Shown here: piece after piece, positions 49,271-57,459 of the stretch
Layout of the letters: each line of letters opens with the position of its first letter
How positions within the stretch are numbered: position 1 is the stretch's first letter
From: Thiohalobacter sp.
GTDB taxonomy: Bacteria; Pseudomonadota; Gammaproteobacteria; DSM-19610
Reading direction: 5' to 3'
Length of the DNA stretch: 64,000 nucleotides
NCBI GenBank assembly: GCA_026984835.1
Contig: JALSRI010000178.1
Coordinates: forward strand, 10,430-74,429
Notes under the pieces: generated by a model
Seen by the model: only the letters and a program-made list of their open reading frames with translations
Database searches by the model: none
What the model was told of the DNA's origin: nothing
Translations under genes and position numbers: made by a program

Positions 49271-50302
49271 ATGGACAAGAGGTTGCAAGGTCTGCAGGAC
49301 ACCATCGCGGACATGGTGCAGGAAGGACGCGGCATCCTGGCCGCCGACGAAAGCCTGCCCACCATGGCCAGGCGATTCAAACCGATCGGTGTGGAATCCA
49401 CCGAAGAAACGCGCCGCAGCTGGCGCTCGCTGCTGCTCACCACGCCGGGTCTGGGGGAATACATCAGCGGCGTCATCCTGTTCGAGGAGACGCTGGGCCA
49501 GAAGAGCGACGACGGCACCCTGTTGCCGGCGGTGGCCTGGCAGCAGAAGATCGTGCCGGGCGTGAAGGTGGACAAGGGCAAGATTCCGCTGGCGCTGTCG
49601 CCGGGCGATCTCATCACTCAGGGGCTGGACGGACTGGCGGAGCGGCTGCGGACCTACCGCGACCAGGGCGCCCGTTTCGCCAAGTGGCGCGAAGTCTATC
49701 CGATCGACAAGCACGTCCCCAGCAGGCACGGCATCAAGGCCAATGCGGAAATGCTGGCGCGCTACGCGGCCGTCTGCCAGGAAGAGGGCTTCGTGCCCAT
49801 CGTCGAGCCGGAAGTGCTGATGGACGGCGACCACGACATCGAGCGCTGCGCCGAGGTCACCGAGGCGGTGCTGCACGCGGTGTTCCATGCCCTGCACCGC
49901 CACCACGTGGCACTGGAGTACATGCTGCTCAAGCCCAACATGGTGCTGCCGGGCAAGGAGACCGGCAGGGCCCGGCCGGCGGAGGTGGCCGAGGCGACGC
50001 TGCGGGTGCTGAAACGCACCGTGCCGGCGGCCGTGCCCAGCGTCAATTTCCTGTCTGGCGGCCAGGGGCCGGAAGAGGCCACCGTCAACCTCGACGCCAT
50101 CAACCGCCTGGCGAAGGACGTCGGCGCCCCCTGGCGGCTGAGCATTTCCTACGGCCGCGCCCTGCAGCAGCCGGCCCTGCATGCCTGGGCCGGCAGGGCG
50201 GAGAACGTCGCCGCTGCCCAGCAGGCGCTGCTCAAGCGCGCCCGCCTCAACAGCCTGGCGATGCGGGGCGCCTATACGCCGGACATGGAGGACGAGACGT
50301 GA
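49271..50302 (+). CDS. fba: fructose-bisphosphate aldolase, class I
   Basis: GILAADES, ISGVILFEETL, KVDKG and LLKPNM patterns of class I FBA. Confidence 0.9.
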   Translation: MDKRLQGLQDTIADMVQEGRGILAADESLPTMARRFKPIGVESTEETRRSWRSLLLTTPGLGEYISGVILFEETLGQKSDDGTLLPAVAWQQKIVPGVKVDKGKIPLALSPGDLITQGLDGLAERLRTYRDQGARFAKWREVYPIDKHVPSRHGIKANAEMLARYAAVCQEEGFVPIVEPEVLMDGDHDIERCAEVTEAVLHAVFHALHRHHVALEYMLLKPNMVLPGKETGRARPAEVAEATLRVLKRTVPAAVPSVNFLSGGQGPEEATVNLDAINRLAKDVGAPWRLSISYGRALQQPALHAWAGRAENVAAAQQALLKRARLNSLAMRGAYTPDMEDET

Positions 50303-50883
50303 GCGATGCACAGCAGGACAAGCCGACGCCGTCCGGGCGTCTGGTGCTCGCCATCGGCATCTACGACGACGAGAACAAGGCCACCCGGGCCATCGAACGG
50401 CTGATCGCCGACGATTTTCCCATGGACCGCATCTCCCTGCTGCGCAAGAGCGGCGGCCTGGGTGACGACATGCTGGGGCTGGCCTACACCAACACCGCCG
50501 AGCGGGTGAAGACCTGGGGACGGCACGGTGCCGCGTGGGGGGCATTGTGGGGACTGCTGGCCGGCGCCACCGGCCTGTTCGTGCTGCCCGGCATCGGGCC
50601 GCTGCTGGCGGCCGGGCCGGTGGTCGAGGCCCTGGGTGGCGCCATCGCCGGGGCGGCCGTGGCCGGCGGCGCCATGGCCGCCGGCGCCGCCCTGACACAG
50701 CTGGCCAGCGCCCTGCACCGCATGGGCATTCCCGCAGAAGACATCAAGCAGATCCACGAGGCCATCGAGCAGGACCGCTATGTGCTGATTCTGCATTGCC
50801 AGCCCTCGGAGGCCGAACACTGCGCCTCGCGCCTGGGCTGGTCCGGCGCCGACCCGGTGCTGGTGATGCCGGTGGAGCACTGA
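50299..50883 (+). CDS. DUF1269-like / general-stress-type membrane-associated protein
   Basis: GTG overlaps the fba stop (GTGA). Same three-part layout as 47694-48197, with Gly/Ala-zipper core WGALWGLLAGATG...GGAIAGAAVAGGAMAAGA. Confidence 0.55.
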   Translation: MSDAQQDKPTPSGRLVLAIGIYDDENKATRAIERLIADDFPMDRISLLRKSGGLGDDMLGLAYTNTAERVKTWGRHGAAWGALWGLLAGATGLFVLPGIGPLLAAGPVVEALGGAIAGAAVAGGAMAAGAALTQLASALHRMGIPAEDIKQIHEAIEQDRYVLILHCQPSEAEHCASRLGWSGADPVLVMPVEH

Positions 50884-50916
50884 GGCTCTGGCATACGGAG
50901 GCTCTGGCACAGGCAG

Positions 50917-50943
50917 GGTGGGGTGAGCGCAGCGAACCCCACC
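50917..50943 (+). repeat. REP-like palindromic element, type 1 (GGTGGGGTgagcgcagcgaACCCCACC)
   Basis: 8-bp stem with 11-nt loop. Near-identical copy at 51096-51122. Confidence 0.8.
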
Positions 50944-51047
50944 ACGACACCGGTGCGGTGGATACCGCCGCGGGGGATCGAGTGCTTCCGCTCCACCACA
51001 CCATCCACGTCGTTGCCTCCCGGTCGGTGGTTCTGCCGGCCGGTCAT

Positions 51048-51075
51048 GGTGGGGTTCCCTTCGGTTACCCCGCCC
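51048..51075 (-). repeat. REP-like palindromic element, type 2 (inverted orientation)
   Basis: The reverse complement, GGGCGGGGTAACCGAAGGGAACCCCACCATGAC, matches 60988-61020 closely. Confidence 0.75.
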
Positions 51076-51095
51076 TACGGGCTTCGTTGCGGCAG

Positions 51096-51122
51096 GGTGG
51101 GGTGAGCACAGCGAACCCCACC
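51096..51122 (+). repeat. REP-like palindromic element, type 1
   Basis: GGTGGGGTgagcacagcgaACCCCACC, one mismatch to the copy at 50917. Confidence 0.8.
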
Positions 51123-51170
51123 GGCGGTGTCGGAGGCGGCTGCCCCGGGGGTTGACGTGCAGACGCTCCA

Positions 51171-51779
51171 CTAGTCCTGCGGAGGGTCTTGCGCCAGGTC
51201 GTCGAACCGGTGGCGTATCTTGTCCAGTTCCTTTCTCCAGGCTTCCGGGTCGCCGTAGTCCATGAAATGGCTGAAGCGGCTGTGCGGTTCCAGCACCCGG
51301 CTGGCGTGCTTGATGGGGCACCAGTACTGTTCCGTGCGGGCCGCCACCTCTCGCACGAAGGCGATGACGCCGTTGCCATAGCCGCAGTACACGCAGTTGA
51401 GTTTCTCGATGGCATTCAGGTAGGCGAGCTGGTGCCGGTCGATGATGACGTAGTCGGCGCGCCGCACCCGCGGGATGCCGTAGACGCGGAAACAGGTGTG
51501 CTGGTAGATCACCACCATCAGGTCGAGCAGCGCGAAGGGCACCACCAGGCTGTAGATGACGGGGGCGGTGAGGATGTGGGCGGGGCGGGCCTCGCGCAGG
51601 TAGCGCAGCAGGCTGATCTTCTGGCGCCGGTGCAGGCGGCGCACGGCCCGCGCGAAGCGCACGTGGTGGCCGCGAAGCTGGTAACTCAGCGCCTGCTGGC
51701 GGGCGTTGAGCTCCTCTTCGAGCTGTTTCTCCAGCTCGCGGATCTTCGCGACAATCGAGGTGATGTTCTCGTTGATCAT
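51171..51779 (-). CDS. hypothetical protein: coiled-coil N-terminus, one TM helix, Cys-rich C-domain
   Basis: 202 aa with clean coding composition. CFRVYG...NCVYCGYGNG...WCPIKH cysteine pattern. No family recognised. Confidence 0.55.
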   Translation of the reverse strand: MINENITSIVAKIRELEKQLEEELNARQQALSYQLRGHHVRFARAVRRLHRRQKISLLRYLREARPAHILTAPVIYSLVVPFALLDLMVVIYQHTCFRVYGIPRVRRADYVIIDRHQLAYLNAIEKLNCVYCGYGNGVIAFVREVAARTEQYWCPIKHASRVLEPHSRFSHFMDYGDPEAWRKELDKIRHRFDDLAQDPPQD

Positions 51780-51833
51780 GGGGTGCGCTCCGGGCCTGGC
51801 CGGCCCGCCGGCGGATGTGGCGCACCAGGGCTG

Positions 51834-52757
51834 TCAGGCGGGTTCGTGAGACGCCAATACTGACCCAGGTTCGAGTGCACTGGCAAGCAGCGGCGCCAGC
51901 GGCAGGCGGTTGCTCGGGTGCGGCACGCTGTCGGTGCTGCACACGTGGGTGACGCCGGCCGCCGCCAGGCGCTGCTCGGCGTCGCCCACGAACAGCGCGT
52001 GGGTGACCAGCACCGACAGCGAGGCGGGGCGGTGGCGGGCCAGCGCGCGCGCCGTCTCTTCCAGGGTGCGTCCGGTGCTGGCGACGTCGTCGACCAGCAC
52101 CAGGTTGCGGCCGCCGTAGTCGGCCGCGGGGAGGGAGATGCGCACGTCGCGGTCGCCGCGACGCTCCTTGCGGGCGACCCGGTAGTCGAAGCCGCCGCGC
52201 GCGGCGATGGCGGCGACCCACTGTTCGGATTCCTCGTCGGGCCCGATCAGGAAGGGGCGGTCGCCGTGCACGGCCAGGTAGTCGGCCATGGGCGCGGTGG
52301 CGCTGAGGGTGACGGCGCGCGCCACCGGCACGGCCTCCTGCAGCCGGTGCACGCGGTGCAGGTGCGGGTCGACGGTGATCAGGGCGTCGAAGTGGCGCGC
52401 CAGCATGGCGCCGACGACACGCTGGCTGACCGCCTCGCCGGGATGGAAGGCGATGTCCTGGCGCATGTAGGCCAGGTAGGGCGCCACCAGGGTCAGGTGA
52501 CGGGCGCCGAGCTGGCGCGCAGTGACCGCCGCCAGCTCCAGTTCCACCAGCTTGTCGTTGGGCCGGTCGAGGCTGCGGCAGAAGATCACCTGCTCGGGCA
52601 GCGGCAGCGGCAGGCGCACCTTGCTCTCGCCGTCGGGGAAGTGGTGGACCTCCACTTCCGCGTAGGGCAGGCCGGCCGCCCCGGCCAGGCGGCGGGCGGG
52701 GTCGCGGTAGTCGGGGAAGCCGAGAAGGGTGCGGGAGCCTGCTTTGGGATCTGCCAT
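51834..52757 (-). CDS. ribose-phosphate pyrophosphokinase-like phosphoribosyltransferase
   Basis: FPDGESKVRL, VDPHLH, and PRPP loop LVLVDDVASTGRTL. Diverges from canonical Prs in the R5P loop. Confidence 0.75.
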   Translation of the reverse strand: MADPKAGSRTLLGFPDYRDPARRLAGAAGLPYAEVEVHHFPDGESKVRLPLPLPEQVIFCRSLDRPNDKLVELELAAVTARQLGARHLTLVAPYLAYMRQDIAFHPGEAVSQRVVGAMLARHFDALITVDPHLHRVHRLQEAVPVARAVTLSATAPMADYLAVHGDRPFLIGPDEESEQWVAAIAARGGFDYRVARKERRGDRDVRISLPAADYGGRNLVLVDDVASTGRTLEETARALARHRPASLSVLVTHALFVGDAEQRLAAAGVTHVCSTDSVPHPSNRLPLAPLLASALEPGSVLASHEPA

Positions 52758-52775
52758 CTGTGTGTTCCGTCGATC

Positions 52776-52804
52776 TGGTGGGGTTCGCTGCGATCACGTC
52801 ACCC
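52776..52804 (-). repeat. REP-like element, type 1, degenerate left arm
   Basis: The reverse complement contains GATCGCAGCGAACCCCACC. Lies between the TP-like and Prs-like genes. Confidence 0.6.
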
Positions 52805-52844
52805 TGGAGTGATTGTGGGCAGGGATGCCGGATTGATATCGGCC

Positions 52845-54362
52845 TCAGCCTTCTACGCTGAAGCCGCTGTCGCGTTCGGCGGCGGCGCAGGCGAAGCGGA
52901 AATCGGCCTCGAACTCGGCGTGGATGGCATACAGGGGCTCGCCGCGTTTCACGCTGTCGCCCACCTTGTGGTACAGGTCCACGCCGGCACCCTTGTCCAT
53001 GGGGGCGCCGGCCAGGCGTGCGATGCGGGCCATGCGCAGGTTGTCGATGGCTGACACAGTGCCGGTGCGCGGCGAGACGACCTTGCGGCACAGGCGGCCC
53101 GGTTCGAGCCGCTCCCGGCGTGGGCCCTGGGCGGCGACGATGGCCTGCATCTTTTCCAGCGCGCGGCCGGAGTCGAGGATGTCACGGGCCAGCGCATAGC
53201 CCTGGCCGCCACGCACATCGGGGTCGAATTCGAGGATGCGGCCGGCCAGTTGCAGGGCTTTCTCGCGCAGATCGGCCGGCGCCTGCGGATCGCGGCGCAA
53301 CACGCGCATGACGTCGCGCGCTTCCAGCACCGGGCCGATGCCGTTTCCGATCGGCTGGTGACCGTCGGTGAGGACCACTTCCAGGTGCAGGCCGCTGCGG
53401 TCGCCGACGAACTCGAACAGCTTGCGCAGCTGCAGCGCATCCTGCTGGCGGCGCACCTTGGCGGTGGGTCCGACCGGGATGTCGATCAGCAGGTGGGTGG
53501 CGCCGGCGGCCAGCTTCTTGGACAGGATGGAGGCCACCATCTGGCCGGGCGAGTCCATGGACAGGGGGCGTTCCACCGAGATCAGGATGTCGTCCACCGG
53601 CGCCAGCCTGGCGGTGCCGCCCCAGGCCAGGCAGCCGCGCTGGATGTGCACGATCTCCTTGAGCCGGTCCGGCGGCAGTTCCACTTCGGCCAGCACTTCC
53701 ATGGTGTCGGCGGTGCCGGCCGGGGAAGTGATGGCACGGCTGGAGGTCTTGGGAATGGGCATGCCGTGGGCCGCCACGATGGGCACCACCAGCATGCTGG
53801 TGCGGTTGCCGGGAATGCCGCCGATGCAGTGCTTGTCGGCCACCAGCGGTTCACCCCAGTTGAGGCGTTCGCCGCTGTCGACCATGGCCTGGGTCAGGTG
53901 CAGCACTTCCTCGCGCTCCAGTCCGGTCTCGGCGCAGGCCACCAGGAAGGCTGCCATTTCGATCTTGGAATAGCGGTTCTCGACGATGTCGCGGGTGATG
54001 CCGGTATAGTCGTCACGGCCCAGACGCTCGCCGGCGATCTTGCGGTGCACCGCGTGCAGGGAGGCGGGCGGCTGGGCGTGGGCCACGCAGGCGGCGCTGC
54101 CTTCCGGCAACGCCAGTTGTTCGAAGGCCTGTTCGGACAGGCCCAGTTCCCCGGGCGCGGTGATGGCGTCGTCGTCGACCACGTTGAGCACCGCCAGCAC
54201 CGGCGCGCCGTTGCCCTCGACCCGGATCTCGACCTTGTTGAGGGCCTGGAAGCCCTCGCTGCGGTAGACCCGGCAGTTGCGGTTCAGGTAGGCAACGTTC
54301 TCGCGGTAGGTGTCGATGGCGACGCGCCGCAGTTGCAGCGAATGGGTGGTGTTCTGGTCCAC
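52845..54362 (-). CDS. thymidine phosphorylase family protein (AMP-phosphorylase-like subgroup)
   Basis: [37 protein letters not shown]. The N-terminal extra domain resembles the roughly 500-aa putative thymidine phosphorylase group. GTG 54362 is a provisional start. Confidence 0.75.
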   Translation of the reverse strand: MDQNTTHSLQLRRVAIDTYRENVAYLNRNCRVYRSEGFQALNKVEIRVEGNGAPVLAVLNVVDDDAITAPGELGLSEQAFEQLALPEGSAACVAHAQPPASLHAVHRKIAGERLGRDDYTGITRDIVENRYSKIEMAAFLVACAETGLEREEVLHLTQAMVDSGERLNWGEPLVADKHCIGGIPGNRTSMLVVPIVAAHGMPIPKTSSRAITSPAGTADTMEVLAEVELPPDRLKEIVHIQRGCLAWGGTARLAPVDDILISVERPLSMDSPGQMVASILSKKLAAGATHLLIDIPVGPTAKVRRQQDALQLRKLFEFVGDRSGLHLEVVLTDGHQPIGNGIGPVLEARDVMRVLRRDPQAPADLREKALQLAGRILEFDPDVRGGQGYALARDILDSGRALEKMQAIVAAQGPRRERLEPGRLCRKVVSPRTGTVSAIDNLRMARIARLAGAPMDKGAGVDLYHKVGDSVKRGEPLYAIHAEFEADFRFACAAAERDSGFSVEG

Positions 54363-54454
54363 GCGAAAGGTCTCCCCGTGCAGTCGTGCCAGTGTTGCAT
54401 CCCGGCCGCGCCGGCGCAACGCCGCCCGCGGCTCTTCGCCCGCGTGATGCGCGC

Positions 54455-55591
54455 TCAGCCCGCGTGCCGGTAGCGGTACAGGTACAGCCACTCGAAGAAA
54501 CGCTTGGCCAGGTGCAACAGGCGGCTGCGCAGCACCAAGGTGCGAGACGGGTTGCGGAAAACCAGGATGCCCGAGTCCAGGGTGTCGACGATGCAGACGA
54601 GTTCTGCGCGGAAGGTCGCGGTGGCGGGTTTTCCATCTAGCTCCGCCAGCAGGTTGTCGGCGGCGGCCACCGCTTGCAGGTCGGCCATGTGGGCCTGCTT
54701 GGGCATCCAGTCCGGGCCCGGGAAGCTGCCGCTGTCGCCGGCCACGTAGACGCGCTCGCTTTCGACCACCCGGCACTGCGCGTCGGCGCGGAACAGGCCG
54801 CCCTCCGAGAGGGGCAGGCCGCTGTCGGCGGCCCAGGCCGGACCCGTCATGCCCGGCATGAACAGGATCAGGTCGGCTTCGATGTCGCCGCCCTCGGTCT
54901 CCACCCGGTTCTCCGCGAAGCCCTTGATCTTGTGTCCGAGGTGCGTTTCGATGCCGCGCCGCCGCATCTCCGCCAGTAGCCCGCGCACCGCCTTTTCGCC
55001 CAGGCGCTTGCCCGGCTGCGGCGCCGGGTTGAAGAACACCAGCCGGAATCGCTCCCGTCGGCCTTCGCGACGCAACTGGGTGTCGAGGCCGAACAGCACT
55101 TCGAACATGGGGCCGCCGCGCATGGCCGAGGGCTCTTTCGGGTTGCCGCCGAACCCCACCGCGATGGTGCCCTGTTGCAGCGCGGCCAGCCGGTCGCGGA
55201 TCCGTTCGGCTGCTTCCACGCCCTCGCAGATCGTCAGCGCGTGTTCGATGCCGGGCAGCTTCCTGATGAAGCGGCCGCCGCTGGCGATCAGCAGGGCGTC
55301 GTTGTGCAGATCGCCATGGTCGGTATGCACCACGCGCCCGCCCCCGGACAGGCCGGTCACCGTGCCGGCGTGGAAGTTCAGCCGGTGCTTGCGCAGAAAG
55401 CCCTGCAGCGGGACGCGCAGGTCTTCGCCGCGGCGCAGACCCGACGGGATCCAGATCAGGCCCGGGTAGTAGAGGAACTCGTCGCGCGGTGCGACCAGGG
55501 TGATGTCGGCGTCCGGTGCCTTGCGGCGCAGCCGCCGTGCGGCGGTGAGTGCGGCAAAGCCGGCTCCGATGACGGTGATCGAACGTGACAT
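54455..55591 (-). CDS. NAD(P)/FAD-dependent oxidoreductase (NDH-2 / sulfide:quinone reductase-like)
   Basis: [17 protein letters not shown] dinucleotide fold, a second GG motif, VYVAGD. ATG 55591. Confidence 0.7.
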   Translation of the reverse strand: MSRSITVIGAGFAALTAARRLRRKAPDADITLVAPRDEFLYYPGLIWIPSGLRRGEDLRVPLQGFLRKHRLNFHAGTVTGLSGGGRVVHTDHGDLHNDALLIASGGRFIRKLPGIEHALTICEGVEAAERIRDRLAALQQGTIAVGFGGNPKEPSAMRGGPMFEVLFGLDTQLRREGRRERFRLVFFNPAPQPGKRLGEKAVRGLLAEMRRRGIETHLGHKIKGFAENRVETEGGDIEADLILFMPGMTGPAWAADSGLPLSEGGLFRADAQCRVVESERVYVAGDSGSFPGPDWMPKQAHMADLQAVAAADNLLAELDGKPATATFRAELVCIVDTLDSGILVFRNPSRTLVLRSRLLHLAKRFFEWLYLYRYRHAG

Positions 55592-55726
55592 GCTGCGCCT
55601 CCTGGCGGGATCCCGGCCGTGGATATTAGCAGAAACTGATATTGAGGGCGGCGCCGGCCGTTTCAAGCGGGCGTTCTGTGGGAAAGGGGTTTCGGTGGTG
55701 GCGGCCGTTCGCGGGTGGTGCGGACA

Positions 55727-55996
55727 TCATCCGGGCGTCTTGCCGGACAGGTGGTAGGCGAAGGCGATGACCTGGGCGACGGCGAGATACAGGTTCTCGG
55801 GGATTTCCTCACCCAGGTCGACGCGCGCGAGCAGTTCCGCCAGCGCCTCGTTCTCCTGCAACGGAATATCGTGGCGGCGGGCCAGCTCGACGATGCGTTC
55901 GGCGAGCGCATGGCGGCCCTTGGCGGTGACGCGCGGCGCCTGGCTGCCGTCGTATTCCAGCGCCACGGCCAGCAGCGGCGGATCGGCGTCCTTCAT
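55727..55996 (-). CDS. FlhB C-terminal-domain-like protein (EscU/YscU/HrcU family fragment)
   Basis: 89 aa: AVALEYD...APRVTAKG...ALAERIVELARRHDIPLQENEALAELL. 4-nt overlap with the upstream FliK-like gene. Confidence 0.7.
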   Translation of the reverse strand: MKDADPPLLAVALEYDGSQAPRVTAKGRHALAERIVELARRHDIPLQENEALAELLARVDLGEEIPENLYLAVAQVIAFAYHLSGKTPG

Positions 55997-57378
55997 GCCT
56001 GCTCGTCGATCAGGGGAGCGGCGCTGGCCGTATCCGCCGCGGGGAGGCTGCCGCGGTGGCATTCGATGTCCCCGACATCCAGGCCCGTATCCCGCAGCGT
56101 GCGGCGCAGCTCGTGCAGGTGATCCCGCAGCAGCGGTACGGTATCCGGCCGCTCGGCCCAGAAACGCGCCGACACGGTGTCGTCCTGCAGTTGCACCTGC
56201 GCCTGTACCGGGCCCAGTGCCGGCAGGTCGAACGCCAGCTGTACTGTCCAGATGGCCGGCTGGCGCCGCCCGCCCGCCCGGGGCCGGCCGCCTTCGCGTC
56301 TGACGCGCAGCGACCACAGGTCGATGTCGTCGCCGCGCCGCACCGGCAGGTCGAACAGCCATTCGATCAGGCCGCGGTCGCCCTCCCTGGGCACCGCCGC
56401 CAGCTGCGACAGGTGCAGACGCGCCAGCGCCGCTTCGGCCTGCTGCAGCAGTTCCGTGCGCAGGCTGCCGAGGCGGACCAGTTGTTCGAGGTCGCGCGCG
56501 ACCACCGCCTGGGGGCGGGGCGGCCGGCCTGGCAGCGGCGGTGGCGGGGGGGATGCCGGGGGACGGACGCCGATCGACCGGCCGGGTGTCGCCGGTGGCA
56601 GGGGCAGGGCGGCAGCCGCCGGGCGCAGCGGCGGTGGCGCCATCCTCTGTTGCAGCCGCGCCAGCACCTGCAGGGGGAGGGGGCTGCCACGTGCATCGAC
56701 TGCTTCCGCTGCCGGACGGTCCGCTCCGGCTGCTGGCCGGGCGCGTCCGGGCGGAGCCGCTGCCGCGGCCGGCGGCGCGGATCCCCGGGGGGCGCCAGGC
56801 AGGCTGGCGCGCAGCAATCGCACCAGCCGCAGCAGGTTGGCCTTGAAGTCGCCGCCAGGCGGAGTGGCGCCGCTGCCGGCCAGCAGCCGCGGCTCCAGGA
56901 ACAGGCCGGTGTTGCGCAGGGCCTCTTTCAGCCCCGGCGCCCTGGCCACTTCGCGGCTGTCGGCCAGATCGGCGGTGAGTTTCCGTACTGCTGCGTCGAG
57001 GGCGGCGGGCAGGGCGGGACGCGACTGGCGCGTCAGCGCGGCGAGGGTTCCGAGCAGCGGCGCCAGTGGCGCCTGACGTGGCAGCAGCTGCCGGAAGGCG
57101 CTTGCCACCGGGTCGTCTTCGGCCAGCGCCGACAGGATGCGCAGTACCGGCAGGCGGCCCGTCTCCTGGACCCGCAGATCGATGCGCTGGCCCGGCTGCA
57201 GCGGCAGTGAAGTCTCCGCCATCACCTGCCGATGACCTATCTGCAGCAGTACCCGGCCGGCCTCGCTGCGGCCGACCGTCGCCTGCAGCAGCTGGCCGGC
57301 GGTCCAGGCCGGCGATTTGCCGGTGGCCGGGCCGGCGGGTTGGCCGGGAATGCCGGATGTGGGTGAAGGGGGCTTCAT
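55993..57378 (-). CDS. FliK-like hook-length control domain protein
   Basis: Pro/Ala-rich centre. C-terminal Flg_hook-like region (WLFDLPVRRGDDIDLWSLRV...WTVQLAFDLPALGPVQAQVQL). Confidence 0.6.
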   Translation of the reverse strand: MKPPSPTSGIPGQPAGPATGKSPAWTAGQLLQATVGRSEAGRVLLQIGHRQVMAETSLPLQPGQRIDLRVQETGRLPVLRILSALAEDDPVASAFRQLLPRQAPLAPLLGTLAALTRQSRPALPAALDAAVRKLTADLADSREVARAPGLKEALRNTGLFLEPRLLAGSGATPPGGDFKANLLRLVRLLRASLPGAPRGSAPPAAAAAPPGRARPAAGADRPAAEAVDARGSPLPLQVLARLQQRMAPPPLRPAAAALPLPPATPGRSIGVRPPASPPPPPLPGRPPRPQAVVARDLEQLVRLGSLRTELLQQAEAALARLHLSQLAAVPREGDRGLIEWLFDLPVRRGDDIDLWSLRVRREGGRPRAGGRRQPAIWTVQLAFDLPALGPVQAQVQLQDDTVSARFWAERPDTVPLLRDHLHELRRTLRDTGLDVGDIECHRGSLPAADTASAAPLIDEQA

Positions 57379-57398
57379 GGCGGCTGCTGGCGCAAAAC

Positions 57399-57414
57399 TG
57401 GCATCTATACTGCA
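57399..57414 (+). promoter_or_regulatory. sigma54-type -24/-12 candidate (TGGCAT-N5-CTGCA)
   Basis: GG and GC dinucleotides at canonical spacing. Sits 46 nt upstream of the GYF-pentapeptide ATG (57460). Confidence 0.35.
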
Positions 57415-57459
57415 GTATTTTACCCGGCAAGGGAACGGTCCCTCCCCTCAGGACAGGTT

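Noticed and set aside
50923-51105. 60-aa ORF and other small ORFs inside the 50884-51170 spacer.
   Set aside because: They are read-throughs of the REP-like palindromes, and the same peptide fragments recur wherever a REP copy occurs.
55630-55660. GATATT direct repeats (gatattagcagaaactgatatt) upstream of the FAD-oxidoreductase gene, as an operator or promoter.
   Set aside because: I could not fit -35/-10 spacing or a known regulator motif. Noted as AT-rich only.
55663-55911. 82-aa minus-strand ORF overlapping the FlhB-C-like gene in another frame.
   Set aside because: Low-complexity Arg/Pro/Ser translation. The FlhB-C-like frame has clear family similarity.
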